Origin: a virus
Virus record (IMG/VR): IMGVR_UViG_3300021467_000093
Coordinates: 4,409-68,408 of that record
DNA length: 64,000 bases
Direction: 5' to 3' (one strand)
Shown here: in pieces, positions 20,659 to 30,762 of the stretch
Layout of the letters: the number at the start of each line of letters is the position of its first letter
Numbering within the stretch: the stretch's first letter is position 1
Translations under genes and position numbers: made by a program
The notes under the pieces: model-generated
Told to the model about the DNA's origin: nothing
Seen by the model: the letters and a program-made list of their open reading frames with translations, nothing else
The model's database searches: none

Positions 20659-22511
20659 CTGGTGTTTTTATCACATATCAATGTGTGTTGTTAGACTATC
20701 CATTAGAGGCTGCTATTAGATGTGCTTTAGATCTGTGTGATTATGTAGTGATTAATGATGGAGGATCTACGGACGGTACTTTAGGGTTATTGGAAGCTTT
20801 GAGAGATGAGCATGGTGAAGACAGGGTAAAGATTATATATAGAAATTGGATTCACGATCGTGGGTTTTGGGCTAGAGAGCGAAATTATGTGTTAGAGACT
20901 ATCCCATTGGAGCATTATGTTATAAATTTAGCGGCTGATGAATGTTTTCACGAAGATGACTTGGAGACTATTCGTTCTTTAATATTGTCCCTAAATGGTA
21001 GAGCTATGCGGTTCACTCCTTTACATTTTTATGGTAGACCTGGCTATACAATTAAAGGTAAACATTGGGCTACTGTACTAACCAAGTTATGGCAGAATAA
21101 GAACCGTATTTTATACTACAATATTCCACGTGGTTGTGCTGACGATCCATTATGGCCTGACGGGTCCCCTGCGCATTGGCGTAATTGTTTGGATAGTGGT
21201 GTAAGAGTTTATCATTATGGGCATTGTAGAAATCCTAAAGCGTTAGCCACTAAGAATGAAAAGGCCCATTCATTATATAGAAACGAGAATTTTTATGTAG
21301 ATGGCTCGTTTCCTATTATAAAAGAGTTTGATTATGAATTAGACAAGTATTTAGCCGGGTATGATGGAGACAAAGTTGAAAAGTTTAAAGGAAGGCACCC
21401 AAAGTATATTAGACGGTGGTGTAAACAGCATGCAAGACAAGAACTATCGTATAATGCAGAAGCTAAAGATCCTGTGCGAGAAAAAATATACGATTTTACA
21501 GTTAATGTTACTCATATAGAGAAGATAGATGGTCCGTTACGTATTATTTTGGCATTAACTGCGCGTGATGAGCTGAAGTATGGCAAACACATTTTTATGC
21601 AGCTAGACGATGCTGTAAAGCGTGATTATGACGAAATTGTTGTGTTAGATGATGGCAGTACTGATGGGACATGGGAGGTGTTGCAAGATTATGCTAAAAA
21701 ATACAATAACATACATATAAAAAGGAATGAGGTTAATAGTATAGTAGCCAAAGGAGAAAATAGGTGGATAACATTAATTCGAGAGTGTGAAAAATATCAT
21801 CCTACATGGATACATTTTAGAGCATGTGATCAACTACACAGTAAAATATTCAATGAAAAAATTAGAGAAATAGTTACATATTTTCATGAACGTGGTGGGT
21901 GGTTAATAAAAATACCGCTAGTGCATTTATGGCGCAGTGAAGGGTGGTTTCGGCATGATGATGTGTGGTTGCATGATTACCTAGATCATACTAGACGTCA
22001 GCTTTGGAGATTCTACAAAGATTATGAGTATAAGCCACATAGGACTATTGCTGCTTTTCATTTAGGCGGTCATTTACCTAATAAATTATCGCCGCATGAT
22101 GTAGTGCCGGCATATAATATTAATAGTTATCTGAAACGAACATTATCGAAAAGGTACTGGCCTATAGTCGTGTTGCATTATGGTCATACAACGCATGAAA
22201 AGAAAGAAATTAAATTTAGGCTGACTATGGAGGCCGCTAGTAAAGGTATTAGCTATGGCTGCCCATCTCCAGATAAAATGCCTCATCCAAAGCACTGGTT
22301 AGATTACAATGGATATAAAGGGTTTCATGAGTTTAATTTATGCATAAAAAAAGTTCCTCAAATGTGGTTTGATCACCCCATTGATTATACAGTACCAGAA
22401 GTTAAATCTTTTTATGATGTCATAGCTGAATATAGGCCGGATAGGGCTAAAGAGTACCAATTGTTATTTGAAAGGAATAAAGATAAAATCCCTATTATTG
22501 TAAAGGGGTAA
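20643..22511 (+). CDS. Two-domain GT2-like glycosyltransferase
   Basis: Two GT-A starts: INDGGSTDGT and VLDDGSTDGT; HYGH in both halves. Confidence 0.82.
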   Translation: MDIILAGVFITYQCVLLDYPLEAAIRCALDLCDYVVINDGGSTDGTLGLLEALRDEHGEDRVKIIYRNWIHDRGFWARERNYVLETIPLEHYVINLAADECFHEDDLETIRSLILSLNGRAMRFTPLHFYGRPGYTIKGKHWATVLTKLWQNKNRILYYNIPRGCADDPLWPDGSPAHWRNCLDSGVRVYHYGHCRNPKALATKNEKAHSLYRNENFYVDGSFPIIKEFDYELDKYLAGYDGDKVEKFKGRHPKYIRRWCKQHARQELSYNAEAKDPVREKIYDFTVNVTHIEKIDGPLRIILALTARDELKYGKHIFMQLDDAVKRDYDEIVVLDDGSTDGTWEVLQDYAKKYNNIHIKRNEVNSIVAKGENRWITLIRECEKYHPTWIHFRACDQLHSKIFNEKIREIVTYFHERGGWLIKIPLVHLWRSEGWFRHDDVWLHDYLDHTRRQLWRFYKDYEYKPHRTIAAFHLGGHLPNKLSPHDVVPAYNINSYLKRTLSKRYWPIVVLHYGHTTHEKKEIKFRLTMEAASKGISYGCPSPDKMPHPKHWLDYNGYKGFHEFNLCIKKVPQMWFDHPIDYTVPEVKSFYDVIAEYRPDRAKEYQLLFERNKDKIPIIVKG

Positions 22512-22515
22512 TGAT

Positions 22516-23175
22516 ATGGACAATACTATTAGAACCGAAATGCTGTCTCTTAGTTATATTTTTCCAAAAACGGAGCTTGGCAGTAATGTAGTAATTTTTC
22601 CGTATGCTGTAATAGGTAGGCCTAGCTATGTTCCTGAAGGCACTACTGCTAGAAAAATAAATATGGAGCAAGAACCTACAATTATTGGTGATAATTCAGT
22701 TATAGGTGCAGGTTCGATTATTTATCATGGTAGCATAATTGGAAAAAATTGTTTGATAGGAGACCAAGCAAAATTAATGAATAACGTTAAAATTGGGGAT
22801 TATAGTCTAATTGCAATTAATGTGAAAGTTGGGTATCAAGCAGTTATAGGCCACCACACTAAAATTATGGATTTAACAAACGTTGCTGGTAGAGCTGTCA
22901 TTGGAAATAATGTTTTTATAGGGCCGGCTGTTGTGATGGGAAATGATAATAAAATGGGTAGGGCTGGTGGCGAAGGGGATATTGGGCCTATAATTGAAGA
23001 TTATGTTACTATTGGTATGAATGCAACTATCTTACCAGGAGTGCGTATAGGACAAGATTCTATTATCGCAGCTGGCTCTGTTGTGACAAATGATGTACCG
23101 CCTGGTTGTTTATATATGGGCGTGCCAGCAAGATTTAAACGTGAATTAAGGGAGGATGAAAAACGATGTCTATAG
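22516..23175 (+). CDS. Hexapeptide-repeat (LbH) acyltransferase
   Basis: IGxN hexapeptide repeats, IAAGSVVTNDVP, GVPAR. Confidence 0.88.
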   Translation: MDNTIRTEMLSLSYIFPKTELGSNVVIFPYAVIGRPSYVPEGTTARKINMEQEPTIIGDNSVIGAGSIIYHGSIIGKNCLIGDQAKLMNNVKIGDYSLIAINVKVGYQAVIGHHTKIMDLTNVAGRAVIGNNVFIGPAVVMGNDNKMGRAGGEGDIGPIIEDYVTIGMNATILPGVRIGQDSIIAAGSVVTNDVPPGCLYMGVPARFKRELREDEKRCL

Positions 23176-23669
23176 GTTTATATAATATCATTGAAAAAAA
23201 CGTTGTTTTGGCAGAGCAGGCGGTAATTGGTAATTTTAATTATATTCAAAATAACGTTGTTATAGGAGAAAACACAATAATTAGTGATTATTGTAGAGTA
23301 GAAGAGAATGTTAAAATTGGGGCTAATTGTAAATTCCAAGGTTATAATAGAATAGGATCAGGAACTGTTATTGGAGATAATGTTATTGTGAAAATTTATA
23401 CAGAAATTACAGACGGAGCCATAATTAAAAATGGAGTGTTTTTAGGACCTTCGGTGATGTTTTTAGGTTCTAATCTAAAAGAAAAAATTTATGGGACAGA
23501 ACTTGGTGAAAATGTGTTTATAGGAGCTAATTGTGTTATTGGTCCTGGTGTTAAAATTTGTCCTAATACTATTATAGGTGCGAATAGTTTTGTTAATAAA
23601 GATATTACAGCTCCTGGTATTTATGGCGGTTCTCCTATTAAATTTATAAAACATATAACGGGGATTTAA
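23166..23669 (+). CDS. Hexapeptide-repeat (LbH) acyltransferase
   Basis: Hexapeptide repeats, IGANSFVNKDI, GIYGGSP. Confidence 0.85.
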   Translation: MSIGLYNIIEKNVVLAEQAVIGNFNYIQNNVVIGENTIISDYCRVEENVKIGANCKFQGYNRIGSGTVIGDNVIVKIYTEITDGAIIKNGVFLGPSVMFLGSNLKEKIYGTELGENVFIGANCVIGPGVKICPNTIIGANSFVNKDITAPGIYGGSPIKFIKHITGI

Positions 23670-23670
23670 T

Positions 23671-23841
23671 ATGCAAATTGTAAATAAAATAGAGTTGAAT
23701 TTTGAATGCCCTATTTGTGGAGCTGGTGTATATAATGCTACTGAACAAATAACAAAATGTCCAGTGTGTGGCCACACTAAGCTTCTGGTTGTTAAACCCA
23801 TAACATACGTATTAAATAAAGGAGAGGAGCATGGAAGTTAA
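23671..23841 (+). CDS. Small zinc-ribbon protein (56 aa, absent from the ORF track)
   Basis: Translated by hand: MQIVNKIELNFECPICGAG...KCPVCGH...; fills the gap between genes. Confidence 0.6.
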   Translation: MQIVNKIELNFECPICGAGVYNATEQITKCPVCGHTKLLVVKPITYVLNKGEEHGS

Positions 23842-24940
23842 ATTTGTAGATTTAGCCCTACAATACCAACCATATATAGATAGAATTACAAAAGAATTAA
23901 AAAAAGTCATAGCATCGGCATCCTTTGTGGGCGGGCCAGCACTAAAGGAATTTGAAGTAGAAGTAGCTAAATACATTGGTACAGATAACTGTGTTGGTGT
24001 CGGTTCAGGTACAGACGCATTATATTTATCTCTATTGGCTTACGGTATAGGGCCAGGAGACGAAGTGATTGTGCCGGCAAACACTTTTATTGCAACAGCT
24101 TTTGCTGTTTCTTTGACAGGTGCTAAGGTCGTGTTTGTTGATGTAGATCCTAAAACTTATCTAATGGATTTGCATAAAATGTTTGATGCTATTACTTCTG
24201 ATACTAAAGCTATCATTCCTGTTCATTTATACGGTCAATGCTGTGATATAGTTGCTATTAAGTCTTTATTAGGTGGCAGGGATATTAAGATTATTGAAGA
24301 TTGTGCTCAAGCTTTTGGTAGCAGGTATAAGAATTTTAAAGCTGGTTCTATGGGCGATGTTGGATGTTTTTCATTTTATCCTGCAAAAAATCTAGGTGGT
24401 TTAGGGCAAGGCGGGTGTATAACCACTAATCATAAAGAAATTGCTGATAAAGTACGATCACTCGGGGATGTTGGTAGATTACTTACTAACAGATGGGAAC
24501 ATTCAGTAGTTGGATTTAATTCTAGATTAGATGCTATTAATGCTAAATTTATATATTTAATGCTTGAACATATTTCTGATTGGAATGCAAAAAGAGCATA
24601 TTTTGCCAATCTTTACAACTTGGGATTAGAGGGCGTTAAGGAAGTAAGAACTCCGTATGCTAGTACAGATAGTTATCATATTTATCATTTATATGAGTTG
24701 AAATGTAGAAATAAAGAGGAAAGAGATGCTCTAAGAGAGTTTTTGTCCTCAAAATATATACAGACTGGATTGCATTATCCAATACCATGCCATAAACAAA
24801 AACCATATGAAAAATTAAATTATAAATTACCTGTAGCGGAAGAGTTAGCAGATACGCTAATTTCTTTGCCTATGCATCCTAATCTAAATGAAGTAGAAAT
24901 TGATTATGTGTGCAGTAAAATAAAAGAATTTTATAATTGA
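23831..24940 (+). CDS. DegT/DnrJ/EryC1/StrS PLP-dependent sugar aminotransferase (WbpE/WlbC-like)
   Basis: SGTDAL, PVHLYGQ, IEDCAQA, FSFYPAKNLG, SLPMHP. Confidence 0.93.
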   Translation: MEVKFVDLALQYQPYIDRITKELKKVIASASFVGGPALKEFEVEVAKYIGTDNCVGVGSGTDALYLSLLAYGIGPGDEVIVPANTFIATAFAVSLTGAKVVFVDVDPKTYLMDLHKMFDAITSDTKAIIPVHLYGQCCDIVAIKSLLGGRDIKIIEDCAQAFGSRYKNFKAGSMGDVGCFSFYPAKNLGGLGQGGCITTNHKEIADKVRSLGDVGRLLTNRWEHSVVGFNSRLDAINAKFIYLMLEHISDWNAKRAYFANLYNLGLEGVKEVRTPYASTDSYHIYHLYELKCRNKEERDALREFLSSKYIQTGLHYPIPCHKQKPYEKLNYKLPVAEELADTLISLPMHPNLNEVEIDYVCSKIKEFYN

Positions 24941-24969
24941 GATATTGCTATGAATATTTTTTTATAAGG

Positions 24970-25623
24970 ATGAAAATAATGGAAGCACAACACGTATCGT
25001 TAAATTTTTGGATAAGTAGAAAACAGTACCCTTATTACCCATCTGTCTTACAAAGACGCCTCATTGATACTAATTTCGTAGTAAATAAGGTGGTCGGTGC
25101 TAGGTCAGTGTTAGATATAGGGTGCGGCGATGGTTTTATGTTATTAGCTTTGCGTGAGTTTACAGATATTGAATTGTTTTATGGATATGATATTGCACCA
25201 AACCTTATAAAAAGTTTGTTAAGTAAATGGGGTGATGTGCCTGGACTTAAAACAAAAATTGTAAATTTGGTTGAGTTAGAAAAATTACCTCGAACAGATG
25301 TATCTTTGGCTTTAGGATTATTCGGATATATTTTTGATGACGAGAAGTTACATAATATATTAAAAAATATAAAATCAAATTTATTAATAGTAAGAACTAG
25401 ATGCACACTTAAAAAAAGCGATGAAGTTGTAAATAAGTTTTCTGAAGATTTAAATGCTGAGTATGCTGCTATTTATAGAACTTTGTCTAGTTATGTATCT
25501 ATTTTATCTGAACATTTTGTAATTTCTGAAGTTACTAGGGCTTATCCTGACGAGATAGAAAGTAAATATGGCACCAAGCAATTTTTCTTTGTATGTGAAA
25601 GGCGTGGTATTCGAAAGAAATGA
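24970..25623 (+). CDS. Class I SAM-dependent methyltransferase
   Basis: VLDIGCGDG, YGYDI; start codon uncertain. Confidence 0.8.
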   Translation: MKIMEAQHVSLNFWISRKQYPYYPSVLQRRLIDTNFVVNKVVGARSVLDIGCGDGFMLLALREFTDIELFYGYDIAPNLIKSLLSKWGDVPGLKTKIVNLVELEKLPRTDVSLALGLFGYIFDDEKLHNILKNIKSNLLIVRTRCTLKKSDEVVNKFSEDLNAEYAAIYRTLSSYVSILSEHFVISEVTRAYPDEIESKYGTKQFFFVCERRGIRKK

Positions 25624-25658
25624 TAATTATCGTTTAGATATTGGTGGGAAGTGGAATA

Positions 25659-26150
25659 ATGAATGAAATAAAACAAATAAAATTAATAGTTTCGGAAATA
25701 GATGGTGTTCTAACTGACGGCACTTATGCTGAAGATGAGTTAGGAAATGTATTATATAAACACTTTCAAGGCAAAGATTTTGATGCTATAAATATTTTAA
25801 AAAAAGATTACAAAGTCGTATTTTTGTCTGAGGATAATCGTATTAATTATAATATGTGCCGTAGAAGAAACTTACCATTTTATTGGGGTAAGAACACAGA
25901 TGAAAAATATGATAGATTAGTGGAAATATTGAGACGATATAATTGTACTCCGGAAGAGGTGGTTTTTATAGCATCCAAATTAAGTGATTTAAAATGTTGT
26001 CAGTTAATACCAAAATCATTATGTCCAGCTGATGCCGGAGAGTATTTAATGTCTAAGTGTTGGGCTGAATTTAAAACGAATGGCGGAAAAGGAATTTTTG
26101 TTGAGTTATTATATCTATTAACTACATTAAAAAATTTACATATTGAATAA
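25659..26150 (+). CDS. KdsC-like HAD phosphatase homolog with altered catalytic motifs
   Basis: LIVSEIDGVLTDG (canonical DxDGVLTDG), GGKGIFVE C-terminus. Confidence 0.75.
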   Translation: MNEIKQIKLIVSEIDGVLTDGTYAEDELGNVLYKHFQGKDFDAINILKKDYKVVFLSEDNRINYNMCRRRNLPFYWGKNTDEKYDRLVEILRRYNCTPEEVVFIASKLSDLKCCQLIPKSLCPADAGEYLMSKCWAEFKTNGGKGIFVELLYLLTTLKNLHIE

Positions 26151-26163
26151 TTTGTGTTATAAT
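26135..26163 (+). promoter_or_regulatory. sigma70-type promoter
   Basis: TTTACA-N17-TATAAT, extended TG. Confidence 0.8.
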
Positions 26164-26180
26164 ACCATTGGGGTGAGCTT

Positions 26181-27224
26181 ATGATTATTAAACGAGGAAA
26201 AGGCGATTTAAATGTTATTTATAGGCCGTGTAGAATTGATGAAGTGAAAGGCCATGAGACAATTAAAAATATGATAGCAAATGCAATTGAGAATAATAAA
26301 TTGCCTCATGCTTTATTATTTACCGGTCCATCAGGCTGCGGAAAAACAAGTTTTGCACGTATTATAGCGTTAGGTTTAAACTGTGAAAATGGACCAACCG
26401 CAAATCCATGCTGTAAATGCGAATCATGTAGATCAATATTAAATTTGAATAGCATGTCAGTGATTGAATTGGATGCTGGTAGAACTGGTGATGTGGCTAC
26501 AGTTCGACAAATCATAAATGATTTACCAGCAGCGCCGTTCAATACTCGTTATAAAGTAGCCATTTTTGATGAGGCGCATTTATTAGGTGGTACTTCTAAA
26601 TCTGAAGATGCTCTACTTAAATTTTTAGAAGATACTCCATCCCATGTATACATTATATTTTGTACTAATTATCCTGAAAAATTAAAGGAAGTTACAAGAA
26701 ATAGGTGCAAAATAATCAGATTTGAGCGATTAACTACACAAGACATTTTTAGTTTGTTGGAAGAAGTTAGTCAATTTGAAGGATACACCTATAATAAAGA
26801 GGTTTTACAGTATATAGCCGAAGAATCGGGCGGAGTACCAAGAGCAGCTTTATCTTTTTTACAGCAAGTAGCTATGGAAGGTTCATGGACTAAAGATGCA
26901 GCATCTTCAATTATAAATGCTGGAGTTGATGTTGAATACGGGGAAATTATCGATTTATGTAAGTCTATTTTGCATGGTAAATTTAAACAAGCTATGGATA
27001 TATTTAAGACCATTAAGAAAATTCCTGCTGAAAATGTACGTATATCAATTTGTGGGTATTTTGTTGGATGCTTAAAGCGTGCACGACGAATTGATGAAGC
27101 AACAAAATTTTCTCGTATAATTGATCTTTTTTCCACGCCTTATTTTAATAACCCTAAGCCTGAGCATATATTAATCAATTCAATATTTAAAGCATGTAGT
27201 ATTATTTTAGATAGGGATAGATAA
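26181..27224 (+). CDS. dnaX: Clamp loader, DNA polymerase III gamma/tau
   Basis: YRP, HALLFTGPSGCGKTS, LNC...PCCKCESC, DEAH, ALLKFLED. Confidence 0.92.
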   Translation: MIIKRGKGDLNVIYRPCRIDEVKGHETIKNMIANAIENNKLPHALLFTGPSGCGKTSFARIIALGLNCENGPTANPCCKCESCRSILNLNSMSVIELDAGRTGDVATVRQIINDLPAAPFNTRYKVAIFDEAHLLGGTSKSEDALLKFLEDTPSHVYIIFCTNYPEKLKEVTRNRCKIIRFERLTTQDIFSLLEEVSQFEGYTYNKEVLQYIAEESGGVPRAALSFLQQVAMEGSWTKDAASSIINAGVDVEYGEIIDLCKSILHGKFKQAMDIFKTIKKIPAENVRISICGYFVGCLKRARRIDEATKFSRIIDLFSTPYFNNPKPEHILINSIFKACSIILDRDR

Positions 27225-27233
27225 GGAGAATAT

Positions 27234-29456
27234 ATGTCTTTAATTACGTTAAATAATTTAGGTGAATTGCCACGTCCTAAATTCAAATATATTACATCTA
27301 CAGAAGAAGCCCTTAAACATTTGGAATTTATTGAAAAACACCCAGTTATGGAGATTGATACTGAGACAACCGGATTAGATCCTTTTACAGATAAGGTTGT
27401 TCTTCTCCAAATTGGGGTAGATGGACAGCCTTTTGTCTTTGATGTTAGAGAAGGTAATGTTGATATTAATATTTTTAGAAATTTATTAGAATCTAATAAT
27501 AATTTGAAGTTGTTACAAAATGCTCTTTTTGATGCTAAAATGTTAAAAAGTAATTTTGGTATTACTATTAAGCGTTTGTATGATACAATGTTAGCAGAGC
27601 AATTATTATTTTTAGGATTAAAACCAGAAGCTAATTTACAATATTTAGTGGCAAAATATTTAAGATTGTATATGCCGAAAGATATAGCAACATCATTTAA
27701 AGATTATTACCAAGAGTATTCTGAAAGGCAACTGGTGTATGCTGCTAATGATGTAGTTATCCTTAAAGATATATATAATTTACAATTGAAACAATTAAAA
27801 AATAAGAATTTAATTCGAGCAGCTAAACTAGAATTTGATTTTGTTAGAGCTTTAAGTGAAATCGAATTAAATGGAATGTTATTAGATGTAAATAAATGGC
27901 GTGATATACTTAAAGATATTGAAATTGAACGTGATAAAGTAGGAATCCAATTACAACAAATTTTAGGTGAAACTAGCAGTCAGAATACATTATTCGGTGT
28001 TTCATTAATAAATTTAGATAGTCCAATTCAATTAGTTAAAGCATTGAATAAACTTGGTATTAATGTCGAAAGTACTGATGTAAAAGCACTTAAGAAATAT
28101 AGCAATAACCCAGTAATTAAGTTACTATTAGAATATAGAAAGTATGAAAAATTTTTGACAACATATGGTGAAGCATTAATAGAAAGAATTCACCCTAAAA
28201 CAGGGCGTTTACATAGTGATTTTAAACAGATGGTTGATACTGGTAGGTTGAGTTCTTCAAACCCTAATTTACAAAACATACCATCTGAAAAAATATATAG
28301 AGCTTGTTTTATTGCGCGGCCTGGCCATAAATTAATAACTTCTGATATGTCTCAAGCAGAATTACGTATTTTAGCTGCTTATTCAAAAGACCCTGTATTC
28401 TTGGAAGCATTTGAAAAAGGGTTGGATTTACATGCTCGAACAGCAGCTGATTTATTTGGAGTAACATATGAAGAAGTTTTAGCGGATAAAAAGTTGCCTG
28501 ATGATGATCCTAATAAGAAGCATTATAGAAGCCATGTGAAAGCGCTTAACTTCGGGCTTTGCATAAAGGAAGGTACTGAGATATTAACAGTAAATGGTTT
28601 AGTACCTATAGAAAGTATTAAGTTGGGTGATGTTATAATTCATGATGTTGGTCAAGGTGAAGTAATTGATTTTAAATTTATGGGATATAAAAAAACTGTA
28701 TGTTTAGAGTTAGATAATGGTTATAAATTAGTAGCTACTCCAGATCATATAGTTAAAGTTATTAGTAATAATATTTATATGGATAAAGCTATTAAAGATT
28801 TAAATAAATTTGATTTGGTTCGTGTTATGGATTTTAATAATCTAGTTATAAAAACTAGTGGAATTAAGAGTATTATGAATGACGGCACGTATAGGGTATA
28901 TGATATTTCTGTTAATAACCATCCATATTATATTGCTAATGGGGTTGTTGTTCATAATTGTTATGGATTAACTAAAGTTGGATTAGCCCTTAGGTTGGGT
29001 GTTTCTGAAGAGAAAGCTCAAAAATTAATTGATCAGTATTTTGCTAAATATACTAAAGTTGCTAAGTGGTTGGAAGCCGCTGGAAAATTTGCATTACAAA
29101 ATGGCTATAGTTTATCAAGAAGTGGGAGACGTAGGCATTATAAAATTCCAAACCCATCTGATCCTGAGTATAATAGATTGAAAGGTCATATTGAAAGACA
29201 AGGTAAAAATATGCCGATCCAATCAACGAATGCAGATACAATTAAGCAGGCTATGATTTACATAGTAGATAGAATAGACAAAGCTAAATTATTATCAACA
29301 GTACATGATGAAGTTATAGTAGAGACGAAAGAAGAAGACGCTGAGGAAGTAGCACATGAAGTATCAAAAGCACTATGTGATGGTTTTGCTGAATTTGTAC
29401 CTGAGGTACAAATGAAAGCAGATGCTGTTATTGAAAATTATTGGAGTAAAGACTAG
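27234..29456 (+). CDS. polA: Family A DNA polymerase (3'-5' exonuclease and polymerase) containing a mini-intein
   Basis: DTETTGL, TGRLSSSNPNLQNIP, DMSQAELR, KALNFG..YG, TVHDE. Confidence 0.95.
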   Translation: MSLITLNNLGELPRPKFKYITSTEEALKHLEFIEKHPVMEIDTETTGLDPFTDKVVLLQIGVDGQPFVFDVREGNVDINIFRNLLESNNNLKLLQNALFDAKMLKSNFGITIKRLYDTMLAEQLLFLGLKPEANLQYLVAKYLRLYMPKDIATSFKDYYQEYSERQLVYAANDVVILKDIYNLQLKQLKNKNLIRAAKLEFDFVRALSEIELNGMLLDVNKWRDILKDIEIERDKVGIQLQQILGETSSQNTLFGVSLINLDSPIQLVKALNKLGINVESTDVKALKKYSNNPVIKLLLEYRKYEKFLTTYGEALIERIHPKTGRLHSDFKQMVDTGRLSSSNPNLQNIPSEKIYRACFIARPGHKLITSDMSQAELRILAAYSKDPVFLEAFEKGLDLHARTAADLFGVTYEEVLADKKLPDDDPNKKHYRSHVKALNFGLCIKEGTEILTVNGLVPIESIKLGDVIIHDVGQGEVIDFKFMGYKKTVCLELDNGYKLVATPDHIVKVISNNIYMDKAIKDLNKFDLVRVMDFNNLVIKTSGIKSIMNDGTYRVYDISVNNHPYYIANGVVVHNCYGLTKVGLALRLGVSEEKAQKLIDQYFAKYTKVAKWLEAAGKFALQNGYSLSRSGRRRHYKIPNPSDPEYNRLKGHIERQGKNMPIQSTNADTIKQAMIYIVDRIDKAKLLSTVHDEVIVETKEEDAEEVAHEVSKALCDGFAEFVPEVQMKADAVIENYWSKD
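28560..28958 (+). mobile_element. Mini-intein (133 aa, no endonuclease) in PolA motif B
   Basis: NFGL|CIKEGTEILT...ATPDH...YIANGVVVHN|CYG. Confidence 0.92.
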
Positions 29457-29463
29457 TTTTCTA

Positions 29464-30750
29464 ATGGCAAAATGTTTGACTATTGACGTAATTAGAGAAT
29501 CATTTTTAAAAGAGGGGTATGAGTTATTAACTAAAGTATACGTTAATAGTTTGCAAAAATTAGTTTATAGATGTCCAAATGGACATATTCATTATGTAAG
29601 TTGGCGCCATTGGCGGCATTCAAATCAACGTTGCCCATATTGTAAAGGACGTGATAAGTATTTTTATAGTAAAGTTAAAAAAATATTTAAAAAACATGGC
29701 TATCAATTATTAGAGTCTAATTATGAGAATAAATTGACAAGAATGAAATGTATTTGTCCTAACGGACATGTCATATATAAATCACTAGATTCTTTATTAC
29801 GTGGCTATAAATGCTATAAATGTGTAAAAAACGAGAGATTGTCGATTGATTTTATAAAAAAAGAGTTTGCTAAGGAGGGTTATACTTTATTAACAACGGA
29901 ATATAAAAATAATAAACAGAAGTTACGTTATCGGTGTCCATTAGGTCATGAGGGGGTTATTAGGTTTGATAGTTGGAGGTCTGGTCGAAGGTGTGGTAAA
30001 TGTAAAAGTTTAAAATTATCTGAGCGCATGAGTTTGGACAAGCATTGGAATTGGAAAGGAGGGCTGTCTTTTGAGCCTTATTGTTCGTTGTGGACCAATA
30101 AGGAGTTTAAGGAAGCGATAAAGGAGCGCGATAATTATAAATGTATGAACCCATACTGCACGCATAAATGTACTAAATTAGTTATTCATCATATTGATTA
30201 TAATAAACAAAACTGTAATCCATATAATTTAATTACTTTATGCGTGTCGTGCAATTCAAGAGTTAATTATAATCGAGATTATTATAAACAATTGTTTATA
30301 AAAATTATGGAGGGTAATTATATGGAAGTATTAATTAAAAAATTACATGAAGATGCTAAAATTCCAATATATGCAACTGAAGGTTCTGCAGGATTAGATT
30401 TATATGCTATTGAAAATTATACATTACGACCAGGAGATGTAAAATGTATAAGAAGTGGTATCGCTGTTGCACCTCCGAATGGTTACTACTTTGAAATATT
30501 TTCTAGAAGTAGTTTGGCGTGTAAGAAGCAATGTATAATTTTAAATAGTGTTCCTATAATAGATGAAGATTTTAGAGGTGAGTTACTAATATACATGAAA
30601 AATATTAGTAATAATGTCGTTACTATAAAAAAAGGCGATAGATATGCACAGATGATTCTTAAGAAAAAAATACTTGTTGTTTTTAAGGAAGTTGATGAAT
30701 TACCCAAAACTGATAGAGGAGCTGGTGGATTTGGATCGACTGGAAATTAA
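29464..30750 (+). CDS. dut: Zinc-ribbon-repeat HNH endonuclease in frame with dUTPase (dUTPase has its own SD/ATG at 30322)
   Basis: Three CPxGH repeats and HHIDYNK..NLITLCVSCN, then SAGLDL, RSS, IDEDFRGE, RGAGGFGSTG. Confidence 0.88.
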   Translation: MAKCLTIDVIRESFLKEGYELLTKVYVNSLQKLVYRCPNGHIHYVSWRHWRHSNQRCPYCKGRDKYFYSKVKKIFKKHGYQLLESNYENKLTRMKCICPNGHVIYKSLDSLLRGYKCYKCVKNERLSIDFIKKEFAKEGYTLLTTEYKNNKQKLRYRCPLGHEGVIRFDSWRSGRRCGKCKSLKLSERMSLDKHWNWKGGLSFEPYCSLWTNKEFKEAIKERDNYKCMNPYCTHKCTKLVIHHIDYNKQNCNPYNLITLCVSCNSRVNYNRDYYKQLFIKIMEGNYMEVLIKKLHEDAKIPIYATEGSAGLDLYAIENYTLRPGDVKCIRSGIAVAPPNGYYFEIFSRSSLACKKQCIILNSVPIIDEDFRGELLIYMKNISNNVVTIKKGDRYAQMILKKKILVVFKEVDELPKTDRGAGGFGSTGN

Positions 30751-30762
30751 GGGGGGTACTCT

